A stretch of DNA of 64,000 bases, from assembly GCF_009914755.1 (NCBI RefSeq), contig NC_060948.1. One strand, written 5' to 3'. Position numbers and translations under genes: made by a program. The DNA is from the human T2T-CHM13v2.0 reference genome, Homo sapiens. This document shows positions 36,630 through 49,790 of this stretch, one piece after another. Positions within the stretch are counted from its first letter, which is position 1. The number at the start of each line of letters is the position of its first letter. Below the pieces are notes generated by a model. The model was not told the origin of the DNA. It saw only the letters and a program-made list of their open reading frames with translations, and ran no database searches.

Positions 36630-39600
36630 GGACAGGCCAAGATGGTCGATTAGAAGCAGCTTCAGTCCATGGCTTTCATGGAGAGGAATGAAAATGGTGA
36701 GTGAATTCTGCACCTTCAACTGAGGGATCCAGGTTCTCACATTGGGACTGACTAGGCAGATGGCTCGACCCATGGACAGCAAGGAAAGCAGGGTGGGGTG
36801 ATGGCCCACCCAGAAGTGGTACAGAGCCAGGACAGCCCCACCCCCAGCCAAGGGAGTTGGTGAGTGATCATGCAATTCTTCCTGGGAAACCACGCTTTTC
36901 CCACAGATCTTTGCAACCTGCAGATCAGGAGATCCCCTTGTGAGCCCACACCACCAGGGCCTTGGGTCTGAAGCACAGGGCTGTATAGAGTCTCAGCAAA
37001 GTAGCTGATCAGGCACACACAGAGACACAGGAGCTTTGCATACTCCACCCTGGAAATTCCAGTTGAGGTGGGATATCATTTGTACATTCCCCTAGGAAGG
37101 GGGCTGAATAAAGGGAGCCAACTGGCATTGTTCTGTGGGCCCCACTTCCATGGAACCTCACAAGTCACAACCCACTGGGTTAGAATTCCAGCTGGCCAGA
37201 GGCAGCAGGCTGGAGATGGCCAGAGGCAGCAGGCTGGAGACAGCCTGAGATGGATTGAGTTCCTGGGGGGAGGGGCAGATGCCATCTCTATGGTTCAAGT
37301 CAGCCATTCTAGCCTGCTGGCTCCAGAGAGTCCAGGTGGTACAGACCAGCAGGAGTTCTCCATAAGGAAGCACAGCTGCTGCTGTGCCGGATCATGGCCA
37401 GACTACTTCTTTAAGTGAGATCCCAACCCATCTCTCCTCACTGGGATGTGTGGGGAGGGGCTCCCTGTGGGAATTTCAGCAATTCCGACCAGGGTTATAT
37501 GGACATAACTCTGATCTCTCCCTGAGATGGAGCCCCCAGGGGGAGGGGCAACCACTGTCTCTGCAGTTCAGCTGACAGCATTTCCACCTGCTGGCTCTGG
37601 AGAGTCTGGGTGGTTTGGACGAGGTGGAAGGATTCCCCCTAGTGCAGCACATCTGCTCAGCCAAAGGGCAGCCAGACTGCTTCTTGAAGCTGGCCCCTGA
37701 TCCCATTCCTCCTGACTGGGTGAGATCTCCCAACAGGGGTCTCCAGATACCTCCTAGAGGAGTGTTCAGACCAGCATCAGGTCGGTGACCACTGGGATGG
37801 AGCTTTCAGAAGAAGGAGCCGGCTGCCATCTTTGCTGTTTTGCAGCCTTCACTGGTGTTACATCCAGGTGAGGGAGGGACCAAGGTGACTAGGGTCTGGA
37901 GTGGACCCCCAGCAAACTGCAGCAGTCCTGTGGAAGAGTGGCCTGACTGTTAAAAGAGAAACAAACAAACAGGAAGCAACAGCAACAACAACAAAAAAGA
38001 CCCCACAAAAACCCCCATTCAAAGGCCAGCAACCTCAAAGATTGAAGATAAACCCACAAAGATGAGAAAGAATCAATGCAAAAACACTGAAAACTCAAAA
38101 TGCCAGAGTGCCTCTTCTCCTCCAAGTGACTACACCACCTTTCCAACAAGGGCACAGAACTGGGCTGAGGCTGAGATGGCTAGATTGACAGAAGTGGGCT
38201 TCATAAGGCAAGTAATAATGTGTTGTGGGAAGTCAGGGACTCCGAACAGAGGGACCAGCTGGAGCTGCAGCAGAGGAACATAAATTATGAAGATTTCACT
38301 TTAATATGGACATATATCAGTTCCCAAAATTAATACTTTTATAATTTCTTACGCCTGTCTTGCTTTAATCTCTTAATCCTATTATCTTCATAAGCTGAGG
38401 ATGTATGTCACCTCAGGACCACTATTGTGTTAACTGTACAAATTGATTGTAAAACATTTGTGTTTGAACAATATGAAATCAGTGCACCTTGAAAAAGAAC
38501 AGAATAACAGCAATTTTAGGGAGCAAGGGAAGACAACCATAAGGTCTGACTGCCTGCGGGGTCAGGCAGAATAGAGCCATATTTTTCTTCTTGCAGAGAG
38601 CCTATAAACGGACGTGCAAGTAGGGAAGATATTGCTAAATTCTTTTCCTAGCAAGGAATATTAATAATTAAGACCCTGGGAAAGGAATGCATTCCTGGGT
38701 GGAGGTCTATAGACAGCCGCTCTGGGAGTGTCTGTCTTATGTGGTTGAGATAAGGACTGAAATACGCCCTGGTCTCCTGCAGTACCCTCAGGCTTACTAC
38801 GGTGGGGAAAAACCCCACCCTGGTGAATTCAAGGTCAGACCGGTTCTCTGCTCTCGAACCCTGTTTTCTGTTGTTTAAGATGTTTATCAAGACAATAATA
38901 CGTGCACAGCTGAACATAGACCCTTATCAGTAGTTATGTTTTGCCTTTTGTCCTGTTTCCTCAGAAACATGTGATCTTTGTTCTCCTTTTTGCCCCTTGA
39001 ATCATGTGATCTTTGTGACCTACTCCCTGTTCATACACCCCCTCCCCTTTTGAAACCCTTAATAAAAACCTGCTGGTTTTGTGGCTCAGGTGGGCATCAC
39101 GGTCCTACCGATATGTGATGTCACCCCGGAGGCCCAGCTGTAAAATTCCTCTGTTTGTACTCTTTCTCTTTATTTCTCAGCCGGCCGACACTTATGGAAA
39201 ATAGAAAGAACCTATGTTGAAATATTGGGGGTGGGTTTCCCCGATAATAATGAACTTCACTAAGCTAAAGGAGCATGTTTTAACCCAATGCAAAAAAGCT
39301 AAGAATCATGAAAACAATGATACAGGAGCTGATAACCAGGATAGCCAGTTAAGAGAGGAGCATAAATGACGTGATGGAGCTGAAAAACACAACAGGAGAA
39401 CTTCACAAAGCAATCACAAGTATCAATGGCAGAATACACTAAGTGAAGGAAAGACTCTCAGAGCTTGAAGGCTATCTTTCTGAAATAAGACAGGTGGACA
39501 AGAAAAGAGAAAAAAGAATGAAAGGGAACAAACAAAACCTCCAAGAACTATGGGATTATGTAAAAAGACTGAACCTATGACTGATTGGGGTACCTGAAAG

Positions 39601-41481
39601 AGATGCGGAGAACAGAAACAAGTTGGAAAACATACTTCACAATATCATCCAGAAGAAATTCCCCAACCTAGCAAGACAGGCCAACATTCAAATTCAGGAA
39701 ATCCAGAGAACCCCAGTAAGATGCTCCATGAGAAGATCAAACCCCAAGACACATAATCATCAGATTCTCCAAGGTCAAAATGAGAGAAAAAATGTAAAGG
39801 ACAGCCAGAGAGAAAGGCCAGGTCACCTACAAAGGGAAGCTCATCAGACTAACAGCAGGCCTCTCAGCAGAAACCCTACAAGCCAGAGATTGGGAGCCAG
39901 TATTCAACGTTCTTAAAAAAAGAATTTCCAACCCAGAACATCTGGCCAAACTGAGCTTCATAAGCAAAAGCGAAATAAGATCCTTTTCAGAAAAACAAAT
40001 GCTGAGGGAATTTATCACCACCAGGCCTCCCTTGCAAGAGCTCCTGAAGGAAGCACTAAATATGGAAAGGAAAAATCTTTGCCAGCCACTACTAAAACAC
40101 ACTGAAATACAGAGACCAGTGACACTATGAAGCAACTATATCAATAAGTCTGCAAAATAACCAGCTAGCATCATGATGACAGGATCAAATTCACGCATAA
40201 CAATATTAACCTTAAATGTAAATTAGCTAAATGCCCCAATTAAAAGACACAGAATGGCAAGCTGGATAAAGAGTGAAGACCCATCAGTATGCTATCTTCA
40301 AGAGACCCATCTCATGTACAAAGACACATGTAGGCACGAAATAAAGGGATGGAGGAAAATTTACCAAGCAAATGGAAAGCAGAAAAAAGCAGGGGTCACA
40401 ATTATAGAGTCTGACAAAATAGATTTTAGACCAACAAAGATCAAAAAAGACAAAGGGCATTACATAATGGTAAAGAGTTCAATTCATCAAGAAGAGCTAA
40501 CTATTCTAAATATATATGCACCCAATACAGAAGCACCCAGATTCATAAAGCAAGTTCTTAGAGACCTATGAAGAGACTTAGACTCCCACACAATAATACT
40601 AGGAGACTTTATCACTCCACTGTCAATATTAGACAGATCATTAAGATGGAAAATTAAGAAAGATATACAGGACCTGAACCCTGCTCTGGATCAAGCAGAC
40701 CTGACAGATATCTACTGAACTCTTCACCCAAAAACAATAGAATGTGCATCCCTTTCAATGCCACATGGCACTTACTCTAAAATTGATCACATAATTGTAA
40801 GTAAAACACTCCTCAGCAAATGCACAAGAGCTGAAATCGTAACAGTCTCTCAGACCACAGCACAAATTGGACCTCAAGATTAAGAAACTCACTCAAAATC
40901 ACACAACCACAAGGAAATTGAACAACCTGCTCCTGAATGACTTCTGAGTGAATAATGAAATTAAGGTGGAAATCAAGATGTTCTTTGAAACTAATGAGAA
41001 CAAAGAGGCAATGTGCCAGAATCCCTGGGACACAGCTAAAGCAGTGTTAAGAGGGATATTCACAGCATTAAATGCCCACATCAAAAAGCTAGAAAGATCT
41101 CAAATCAACAACCTAACATCACAACTAAAAGAACTAAAAGAACCCCAAAGCTAGCAGAAGACAAGAAATAACCAGCATCAGAGTAGAATTGAAGGAGACA
41201 GAGAAACAAAAAACCCTTCAAAAATCAACAAAACCAGGAGCTGGTTTTTTGAAAAAATTAATAAAATAGACTGCTAGCTAGACCAATAAAGAAGAAAAGA
41301 GAGAAGAATCAAATAGACACAATCAGAAATGGTAAGGGGGATATCACCACTGACCCCATAGAAATACAAACAACCATCGGAAAATGCTATAAACACCTCT
41401 GTGCAAATAAACTAGAAAATCTAGAAGAAATGGATAAATCCCTGGACACATACACCCTCCCAAGACTGAACCAGGAAGAAG
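36630..41481 (+). mobile_element. L1P3-type (L1PA8-11-like) LINE-1: complete 5'UTR, ORF1 and start of ORF2; 3' half absent
   Basis: 5' end ggccaagatggtcgattagaagcagc; ORF1 MRKNQCKNTENSKCQSASSPP; EN remnant SWIKSEDPSVCYLQETHL; ends abruptly after ccaagactgaaccaggaagaag. Confidence 0.92.
38221..39246 (+). mobile_element. MER11 solo LTR (HERV-K11/HML-8), 1026 bp, inserted in L1 ORF1
   Basis: Starts tgttgtgggaagtcaggga, ends ccccgata. Perfect 6-bp TSD ataatg (38215-38220 and 39247-39252). AATAAA at 39061. Confidence 0.95.
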
Positions 41482-41659
41482 CCTAACCAGTGTGTCAGAG
41501 ATCTAGGGGAATTGGCTCCCCATGGCAGTACTCTGAATTAGTTCTGGGGATGTGCACATGGTCATGCCAAGTGTCTCTCCTCCAAGAGCTTCTGTTAGAC
41601 TAGAGGTATAAATGATGCTGAATAAGGGCCCCTGGACTTAATACCAGATAAGGCATGGA

Positions 41660-41790
41660 GATACGTGGACAACCTGGGCATGTTACTTGTTCTTCCTGGG
41701 CCACAGTTTCTTTATGTTTGAAATGGGGATGGCAGCACCTGCTTTCTTAGTAACACTGTGAGGGTAAAATATACATATAAAAATGCCTTA
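41660..41790 (+). mobile_element. MIR fragment
   Basis: Core-like acctgggcatgttactt...ggccacagtttctttatgtttgaaatggggat. Confidence 0.65.
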
Positions 41791-42713
41791 GAAATGTAAA
41801 GACCTGAGAGTTTTTGAGCAAACCAGAAAGTTATCGAGAACCTTTCCTTTTGTGCAATTCAGTATATTTTGGGGGGTAAATTTTAAACACCAAATAATCC
41901 TCAACAAACAAATGTACAAATAGTTCCTGAAATGAGGCAAATATACTCCTCCTGGAACATAAAACAATTCAAATTTCCAACAAATTTATCAAATATGTAA
42001 ATAAGTGTTGATAACTTGAAAAACAAAAAAGGAATAAAATCATGATACATCAACATGAATGAACCTTGAAAACATTATGCTAAGAAGCTAGACATAAAAG
42101 GACAATTTTAAATAATTCCATTTATATATTTATATTAAGAGATAAATGTGTTTTCATATCCCAATTTTCTCCTCATCTATTCATAAAAGGCAAGCTGCCC
42201 AAAGGAAGCATGCAACACTGCAAGGAATGCAATTTAGTGTGGCTGGGCAACTTTGGCTGGAGGGGGTACAGAAGGGAGAAAGAAGATGGAAGACAGTCTA
42301 AGACTCAAGGCATCTTGCGACTCTGAGACTTCAGAGGTGAGGCCACCTATGAACTGGGTGGATGTTTGGGAAAACATGTAATTCAAGGCAGTTCTGAAAC
42401 TCTGTGGGTTTTGTGTGGATTCCGAGGTAATCCTACAGTAGAAAGTCCAGCCAAATGGTGAGAATAAGCAAGAGTCTTGGAGAAAAATGAACAGAATGAA
42501 GGCAATGTCCTACCATAATGCATGCTCTTGCAAGGACAGACAGACACCATGATATCCTTAGGATCTCCTGAGGCAGTTTGTGTAAAAGGAGGCAACTTGC
42601 CACCAAAGTGGGAAAGAAGTGGTTAAACAGCAACAGTAGGGCTCCTGCTTCCTGGAGCTGTTGGGTGACATTTCCCTGCAACAATCCTAGAATCTTAAAG
42701 TGTGGTGTCGGTT

Positions 42714-42785
42714 TCACTTCGGATTCCAAACGGGAAGGGACTTTTCCTGGCAAACGCAGTTTAAAGTGTTTCTTTCAGTGTCATG
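42714..42785 (-). CDS. Candidate terminal coding exon of an unidentified gene or pseudogene (HDTERNTLNCVCQEKSLPVWNPK* in phase 0, or SMTLKETL* in phase 2)
   Basis: Acceptor tatttttctgtacAG with upstream branch-like tgactaat; non-repeat DNA; three CpGs inside 72 nt; TGA at 42716-42714. Confidence 0.35.
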   Translation of the reverse strand, partial: HDTERNTLNCVCQEKSLPVWNPK

Positions 42786-43016
42786 CTGTACAGAAAAATA
42801 CTAATCCCACAGAGAAAATTAGTCACAAAAACAGAAGGAAAAAAATACAACATGAGTGCAGACCCAGGACACTAAAGTCAGAGAGACAGAACCACAGCCT
42901 CGCACAACCATTGCTCACATTGTGTAAAGCATTACTGGAAGGAAACAAAGTCTTCAATAGAAACCTGCTGCACCACTCTTAGCAAACTCCTTTTGTTTGA
43001 CCTGGGGCCACTTTAC

Positions 43017-43142
43017 CTGTGGATTGTTTTGTAGCAGATTTTCCAGGTAATGCTTAGATTTTTCATGCTCCCCCAGTTCATTGGATTGGGCTTCAGGGGT
43101 TCTTTCTGGTGTGTGTCTGATTCAGATTGTATTTTAGGAATA
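43017..43142 (-). CDS. Candidate internal exon (126 nt; alternative 100-nt form starting at 43116)
   Basis: Donor CAG|gtaaag; acceptor ttcttcctcaattctaAG. Open in phase 2-2 as IPKIQSESDTHQKEPLKPNPMNWGSMKNLSITWKICYKTIH; the 100-nt form is open as HTPERTPEAQSNELGEHEKSKHYLENLLQNNPQ. Confidence 0.35.
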
Positions 43143-43834
43143 CTTAGAATTGAGGAAGAATAGGATGCTAAGCTACTGAGTGCAAAGCCTCTTTACTAAC
43201 TTCCAATAATATCTGAACTCATGTCTAAGGAACATAGAAGCATCTTTCAATTCCTAGTCTCATTTTCTCACCATTCAAATGTTCCTTAGGGAGAATAGAG
43301 ATCCTATGCAAGTCTCAGGAATTGCTCTAGAGAAAACTATCTTTCCCCAAGCTTGAGAAACTTATCCCAGACCAACTTTCTTTCCCCAAATTTTGTTTAA
43401 ATTAAAAATAGGCAACTAGAGGGGGTCAGCTAGTTGGTGTTCCATAGATGCTTTCCTTGAAGCAGGGTAAAGAGCTTTGATTTATTCTTAATTGTTTCTG
43501 TCATTTAAGGGTGCATCAGAGACCCTGTTGTAATATTAAATTATATCACTATTGAGGAGCCCATAAGGCTGGGGCCGGTACAAGGATCATCATGAAGTGC
43601 AGCTATTGAGAGCTACTGACAACTTCTTAGAGGTGTGGCTGAAAGCAGCTAGCAAGAATATAAGAGACAAAATCTTGTGTTGAGGGAAGTCACCTGTGAG
43701 AGCAGCAGGTAGATGTTGAGGCTTGGGAGACCTTATTGTTCTAAGATACCTGGCCTTGTCTTCCAAACAAAAAATCATCCTTGACATGCAGAAAGACTAC
43801 TGATTTCTCAATAGATTTATAATGGAACAGATAT

Positions 43835-44005
43835 AATGATGTGACCTGGAGCAATTTCTTTAACCTCATACAGAATCAAATTCCCCATCTGCACATAAAA
43901 GTATTTACCTCATAGGTTTATTGTGAAGCTTAAGATAAAATATGTAATTTACCTTGCATAATGCTTGGCATATAGTAAGCACCGAATATACATTAGTTAT
44001 TAATA
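43835..44005 (+). mobile_element. MIR
   Basis: tgtgacctggagcaatttcttaacctc...tacctcataggtttattgtgaag...ggcatatagtaagcac. Confidence 0.8.
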
Positions 44006-44149
44006 TTGTTATTTTCATGAGCAAACCTAGTAGTGATAAAAGCTCAGAAACACTGGGTAGGAGCTTGAGCTAGCTACAGAGAACTTGAATTGTAACCTGG
44101 CCTTCAGATTCCTCATCAGAAGGGTGGGACCAGGAATAAGAGCGAGCGT

Positions 44150-44400
44150 TACACTTGGCTCAAGTCCAAACTGCATGACTGCACAAACACTGTAACTGCT
44201 CTGTATTCAGACACATTTGAAAGGATTTTTCCAGCATAAATTTCTAAATGTGCTGCTTGTTTTGTAATTCAATCTAGGGCAGCAGCAGCAGTGCTATCAT
44301 TATTTACATTTCTAGCTTTTGGTCTTGGATCCAAAATATTTGTAGCAGTGTGAATTGGCTCATAAGAAAATTCTTCTCTTTTCTTCAAAAAAGTTTCATG
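44150..44400 (-). mobile_element. Fossil hAT (Tip100/Zaphod-like) transposase fragment
   Basis: Manual translation FLKKREEFSYEPIHTATNILDPRPKARNVNNDSTAAAALD*ITKQAAHLEIYAGKILSNVSEYRA contains the hAT-type H-x-A-x-x-x-LDPR motif. Confidence 0.6.
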
Positions 44401-46013
44401 TTACTTTCTTTTATACCTGTAAGCAAGTAAATATTAATAATCTTTTACATTGATTTGTTTCTGAGACATTTGGTCAGAAATAATTTGCAGAAATAAATTG
44501 ATTCAGACACTGTAGCTAATTTAACATTAATTTTTTCCTATTTCTTTGATTTTTAGAAATTATTCCAGTAGAGGAGAACCTCATCAGCAACATATTAACT
44601 TTCTAATATTGTTAATACAATTTTTTCATTTTAATGAACAAAAGGCAATACAAAGACCTTGTAAACAATTAGAAAATCATCTTGCCCTCAATTAAATTTT
44701 CTATTCTCCAAGATTTAAATTTTCAACAGTAACCTAAATAGCTGTTAACCCTCTATTCATGAGTGTAAAGGGGAGAAAACATTTTTGTTTATGTATATGT
44801 CAAGTCTTAAGATTGTTTCAATAGTGACCAGTTCCTTTTCAGTCTTTCCTTTACCTTGGTTGTGTTTGAGTCTTAAGTTCTCGGACATTAATAACTGCAC
44901 ATTGGGTACTCAAATTCTGGAAGGACTAACCTGGCTGATCTATAATGGACAGCTGTGCATGACCCCAATAAATGAACTCCTGCATAATCTGCAACTAGTC
45001 TAGACTACAAGCAGTAAATAGTTGTTGAAGGATGAATGATGGAATGGTCAGGACTTTTCTATGTAAGAAGGCTACTGAGAGTGTTCACTCCACACATAAG
45101 GTTTCCAGGTACTATATGTTTCTATTTCTGTCTGTATTTCCATTTACTCTTTCTTTAAATCTTTTATTGTCTCCTCTTGGCTCCAAACTGTGGATCTGGG
45201 ACCACATGCGACTCCAAGTAAACTTTCAGCCCTCAAATGACCTCAGTATTACATCCTTCCTGAAGTATCGCAGAATTTTTCTCTAAATTAAAGGAGAATC
45301 ACAGGACGTCACACTTAATGACTGCTGATTCAAAATTAATTTTCCTTCCTTTGATGCCTAAATCTACTTCAGCACATAATTATAGAATTCTGCTTTGGAA
45401 GGGGCCCTAGAGCTTAATCTAATTTTCAACTAATTGCAGGATTCATTATTAGAGAACCAATGATAGTTTGTAAATCAGTCTTTGAGCATTTACCTGATAA
45501 AACTATTCCATCAGTAGTTAGAAACTATTCCATTAGTACTTAGCTCTTAAAATGAGCTAAGACCCACCTCCTTAAAACTTCCTTTGAGCAAAGCTTCATG
45601 GCCCCACAAAAGAAAAGATTTTCCTATTTTCATTTAAAATATCATATTATTAAATTATCTCTAAATGGCAAATATAGCATATTTTAACAGGAAGTATTCC
45701 TAGTGGTTCTATCTCCATTAATCCATACTCCAAAATATTGCCCACTCTTTTAAGCTACCAGCCCTATGCAGTATCCCAAATATCAGTGCCAAAACCAGAA
45801 GTGCATCCTCCTATTACATTAATAATAATTTTACAGTATGGTGGCAGGAAATGCACTTTCAGTTCACTGGCTATAGCTATTAAACTATGAGGAAATGACT
45901 GCCTGGAAGGCAGCCAGGTCCTTGGCTTAAAGGCCAACTCTGAGGAAGACAAAGGTAATACAAGAAGGGAAACTATGCCACCTGACCAAAAACGTTATTG
46001 AGACACTCTAGAG

Positions 46014-46278
46014 CAGTGCTTCTCAACTCTTTGTGGTGAAGGAACTTTTTTTTTTTAATTTCCAATCGGCCATGGACTTTTGTAAAATACGAAATGATGC
46101 ACTTGGATAAAGCAGCAATGTGAAATGCTCTAAAAATGTCTAAATACTTACCATTTGTATACTTGATCAGTATAATTATATACTTATACGATTTATATAC
46201 TTATTATACTTATCTCATAAGGGACTGGTAACAAACAGTTTTGGAACTGGTGTGTGGAACACATGCTGAATAGCACTG
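46014..46278 (-). mobile_element. hAT-Charlie MITE (Charlie18a/MER119-like)
   Basis: TIRs cagtgcttctcaa...tgaatagcactg; 8-bp TSD ctctagag / ttccagag (6 of 8 match). Confidence 0.8.
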
Positions 46279-47404
46279 TTCCAGAGAGGGAGAAAGGATG
46301 AGAATTACATTTGCCATCCTATTCTTTTAGTATGGTTCAAGTGACATGCTAGAAAGGAACTATTCCTGCTGCTGGTAAGTACCAGAGATGTGTGTATGTT
46401 AAACATAAGATTGGTGGCCCTGCTTAACAAGATAGTAAACACTTGGCTATAAAGATAGTATCGATGAAAACAATTGCCATTTATAAACCATGTTTAAAGT
46501 AGTTTAATGATGAAATCTTGGCTAATCATATGAATATGGGGAAAAGTATGTTTGCCCAGAAGTAGGTGGTATCAAAAAGCATTTTCTCACAGTTATGTAA
46601 TTACCAAGAATAGAGTTTAGGGAGTGACTCTACCAAGCAGGCAAAAGAGAGGACTTCCAAGAGAGTAATTTTGTCAGCAGAAACCTGGAATAACCCCAAG
46701 GTCAGAGGTAGTAAGGAGGGAAAGGGACTTGACAATAGGATGATAGATAGTATATTTCATTAAAGGAATGAGGAATAGTTACATGAATTCTTCCTCTATA
46801 AATGATGTTTGCTCCAAGACGAAGACTTCTAAAGGAAGAATTCTGACACTGAAGGCTATCATATTGGGAATCAGGGCCAAAGAACAGGGCAATACCTCAT
46901 GGAATGTCTGACTGCTACATGGAATCAGAAGACAAGCTAACCATCCACCATGAAGGGGAAATACTGGCTTTTCTCTCTTTCCACGTACAATAAACAAGAG
47001 ATAGGGCAATCAGATTCTGCATTAATTGCCAAGGGAACAAGGATTTTTCACATGTACAGAAAATATGAATTCCAGCTAAAAACATTTTCTAATCTAGGTC
47101 TTCATATGTAAATGTAAACAGGCAACCGAGAATCATCAAATTGAGTGAAAACCAAAAACATTAGATCCACCAGACTCAACCAACACAATAACTAATGGTT
47201 AAAGAAATAGTATGTGGAGAAAACAGAAGTGAACTATATGGATAAATAGGATTTAGAGAAAGATTTTTCACACTCAATCACACAATGCCCAATACATAAT
47301 TAAATACCTTGGATCCATAAAATAAAAATAAGCTTTTACAAAAAAGGAAGTAACCAGAGTTCTTAGCTATAAGCAATATAATCCACTTGGGCTTTTCTAA
47401 AAGT

Positions 47405-49420
47405 AAACAAATACCTAATGAGTGGTAACTATGTGTTGGTTATTCTTTTAGGCACTGGGGATACAGCAGTGAGTAAAATAGACATTCCCTGTCCTTAAAG
47501 AGCTTATATTCCAGTCAGAGGCTAGAGATTATAAGGAAATAAACATATGATTGAGGTAGTGATGGCAGAGTAAGGGAGACAGCAAGTGACAGGGGTGTGT
47601 GTAAGTGTGTCTGTGTATGCATGTACGTATTATATAGATAGAGTGGGAAGAGAAGGCCTCTCTGATAAAGTAACATTTGAGCTAGGAATCAAAGGAAGTG
47701 ATGAGGTGAATCAAGAGCAAGAGAAAAATATTCTGAGCAAAAGGAACACAAAATAAAAAAAATTTGAGGTGGAAGTATCTGGGGGTTTTGACTAATAGCA
47801 AGGACACCAGTTTGGCTTCAGTGGGCTGTGTGAGAAAGAGTGATAGAAATTGAGGTGAGGGCAATAAGAATAGGCCAAATTATACAGGACCTTGTAGACT
47901 ATTGTATTTTGGCTTTCACTATGATTTTTGCCTGGGGAACTAGAATAACTAAGGTACTGTTTATTATAATGGAGAAAATTATAGGAGAATCAGTTAATTT
48001 TTGTTGGAGAATGAAGAGCTGAAGTTTTGGACATGTTAACTAGGAGATGTGTTTTAAATATTCAATTGGAGATTTTGAATACCCAGTGGGATACATTATT
48101 CTGGAGTTCAGAGGAGGGATCGAGTCTATAGATATTAATTTGAGAGTTATTTAAAGTCATGAGACTGCATGAGATCAGCTAAGGAATGAATGTAGATAAA
48201 CAATAGAAGAGGACCAAGGATTGAGTCTTACATTACTTCAGTATTTTGCAGTTGGGAATTAAAATATCACCAGAATACATATACACCATAGAATACTACA
48301 CAGTCATAAAAAAGAGTGAAATCATGTCCTTTGCAGCAACATGGATGCAGCTAGAAGCCATTATCCCAAGCAAACTAATGCAGGAACAGAAAACCAAATA
48401 CCACATGTTCTCACTTACAAGTGGGAGCTAAACATTGGGTACACATGAACATAAAGATGGCAACAATAGGCACTGGAGACTAGTGCGGGGGGAAGGGAAG
48501 AGTGTAAGGGTTGAAAAACTAACTGTTGGGTACTATGCTCACTACCTGGGTGACGGGATCAGTTGTACCCCAAACCTCAGCATCACGCAATATACTCATG
48601 TAACAAACCTGCACATATACCCTCTGAACCTAAAAGTTGAAATCATTTAAAAAAATGAATTTAAAAATATCACCAGAGGACATTGAGATGAAATAAATAG
48701 TGAGATAGGAAAAGTATAAAGAGGCTACCTGAAAGCCAAGTAAAGAAAGTGTTTCAAGAAGGAGAGAATAATCAACCATGTAAATGATACCAACAGGTTA
48801 AGTAAGATGAACACTGATAATTAACCTTTGAATTTAGCAATATGGAGATCATTGGTAATGTCAGCAAGGGTAGCTTGTAAAACAATGTCATCAGTTAAGA
48901 GTGAGAATGGAGTACTAGATTTTGGAGGTTTAAGGAGAGAGCAGATGGTATAAAATAGACGGCTGGTGGGTTATAAAAATGTCACAGCATTGCCAAGCAG
49001 CTCGAAAAGTCCACTTGAGGTTAATGGTCATGAATTTAAAGAGCCTAACATTAAATGAATACCAAACCAGTTAACATGGAAACAGAAAAGGTGGAAAGTT
49101 GGATTTAGGCATGTTTGGATTTTTTCAGAGGTGACTATGATGAATTGAAAGAAGGGAAAAGAAGTTAATGGTATATGCTTGGAAGTGTAATTGTAATGAT
49201 GAACCATGAAATCTAAAGTCAGGTAAGAAGAGAAGTGAGAACATGTGTAGAGTGAATGGCAGTAAAAAGTAATAGGGGTCAATGAATTTGAGGTCCCAGT
49301 AGGTTCAAGAAAATGTTGGAATTGGGGCATTAGAAGGAGTGAGCAGAAAAGACAGGAAAAGATGGCTTGAAAAGGGGATGCTGAAATTGAGATTGTGTAA
49401 GTAGTATAGCTATTTATTAA
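47405..49420 (-). mobile_element. Long L2 fragment (~1.6 kb net), interrupted by L1PA16
   Basis: aggcactggggatacagcagtgag...; gttttggacatgttaac...; ttgaatttagcaatatggagatcattggtaa. Confidence 0.82.
48275..48663 (+). mobile_element. L1PA16-like 3' fragment
   Basis: Perfect 14-bp TSD aaaatatcaccaga (48261-48274 and 48664-48677) at a TT/AAAA site; 3'UTR gggtactatgctcactacctgggtgacggg. Confidence 0.93.
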
Positions 49421-49439
49421 AAGAAGGCTGGAAAACCAA

Positions 49440-49790
49440 GCTTGAGGTTCAGCTTCCAGAAATAATGTCCAGGACCATTGCCACAGCACTGCCCTGATAA
49501 GAAAAACTGTTGCTCCTACAATTAGATGCCAAGAAATTGGCTTTACTGCAGCAGCTACTGCTGCCAGCACTGATGCCACTACTTTATTAAGAACTTGACC
49601 CTGCAATCTCTGCCATCCCCCAAAGTCAAGTCCCTTTGCTACTACCTATTCCAACAATGGAAACCATACAGTTCTACCTTCTGCATGGCTTCAATTCTGA
49701 ATCAGTCTCATGTCAGGGCATCTTACTGGTAGAACATAAGTCATATTCCTACATTGTAGTTTCAACACAGACGTTTGAGTTGTGACTTCT
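49440..49790. mobile_element. Possible ancient ERVL/MaLR LTR remnant (LTR33/MLT1-like)
   Basis: gggcatcttactggtagaacataagtcatattcctac resembles a motif of old ERVL-type LTRs; weak. Confidence 0.35.

Noticed and set aside
42383-42982. Overlapping 70-134 aa ORFs on both strands
   Set aside because: Non-ATG starts and no recognisable domain; the spliced interpretation fits the signals better.
44855-44916. 62-nt minus-strand exon-like segment (tccttccAG ... AAG|gtaaag; NLSTQCAVINVRELKTQTQP)
   Set aside because: Open from phase 0, but hits a stop in the phase 2 needed after exon A; short pyrimidine tract. It would need another unseen exon.
45480-45720. Possible L3/CR1 remnant
   Set aside because: Similarity too weak to support by eye.
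49028-49606. 192-aa minus-strand ORF
   Set aside because: TTG start, spans an L2 and a probable LTR remnant, no domain signature.
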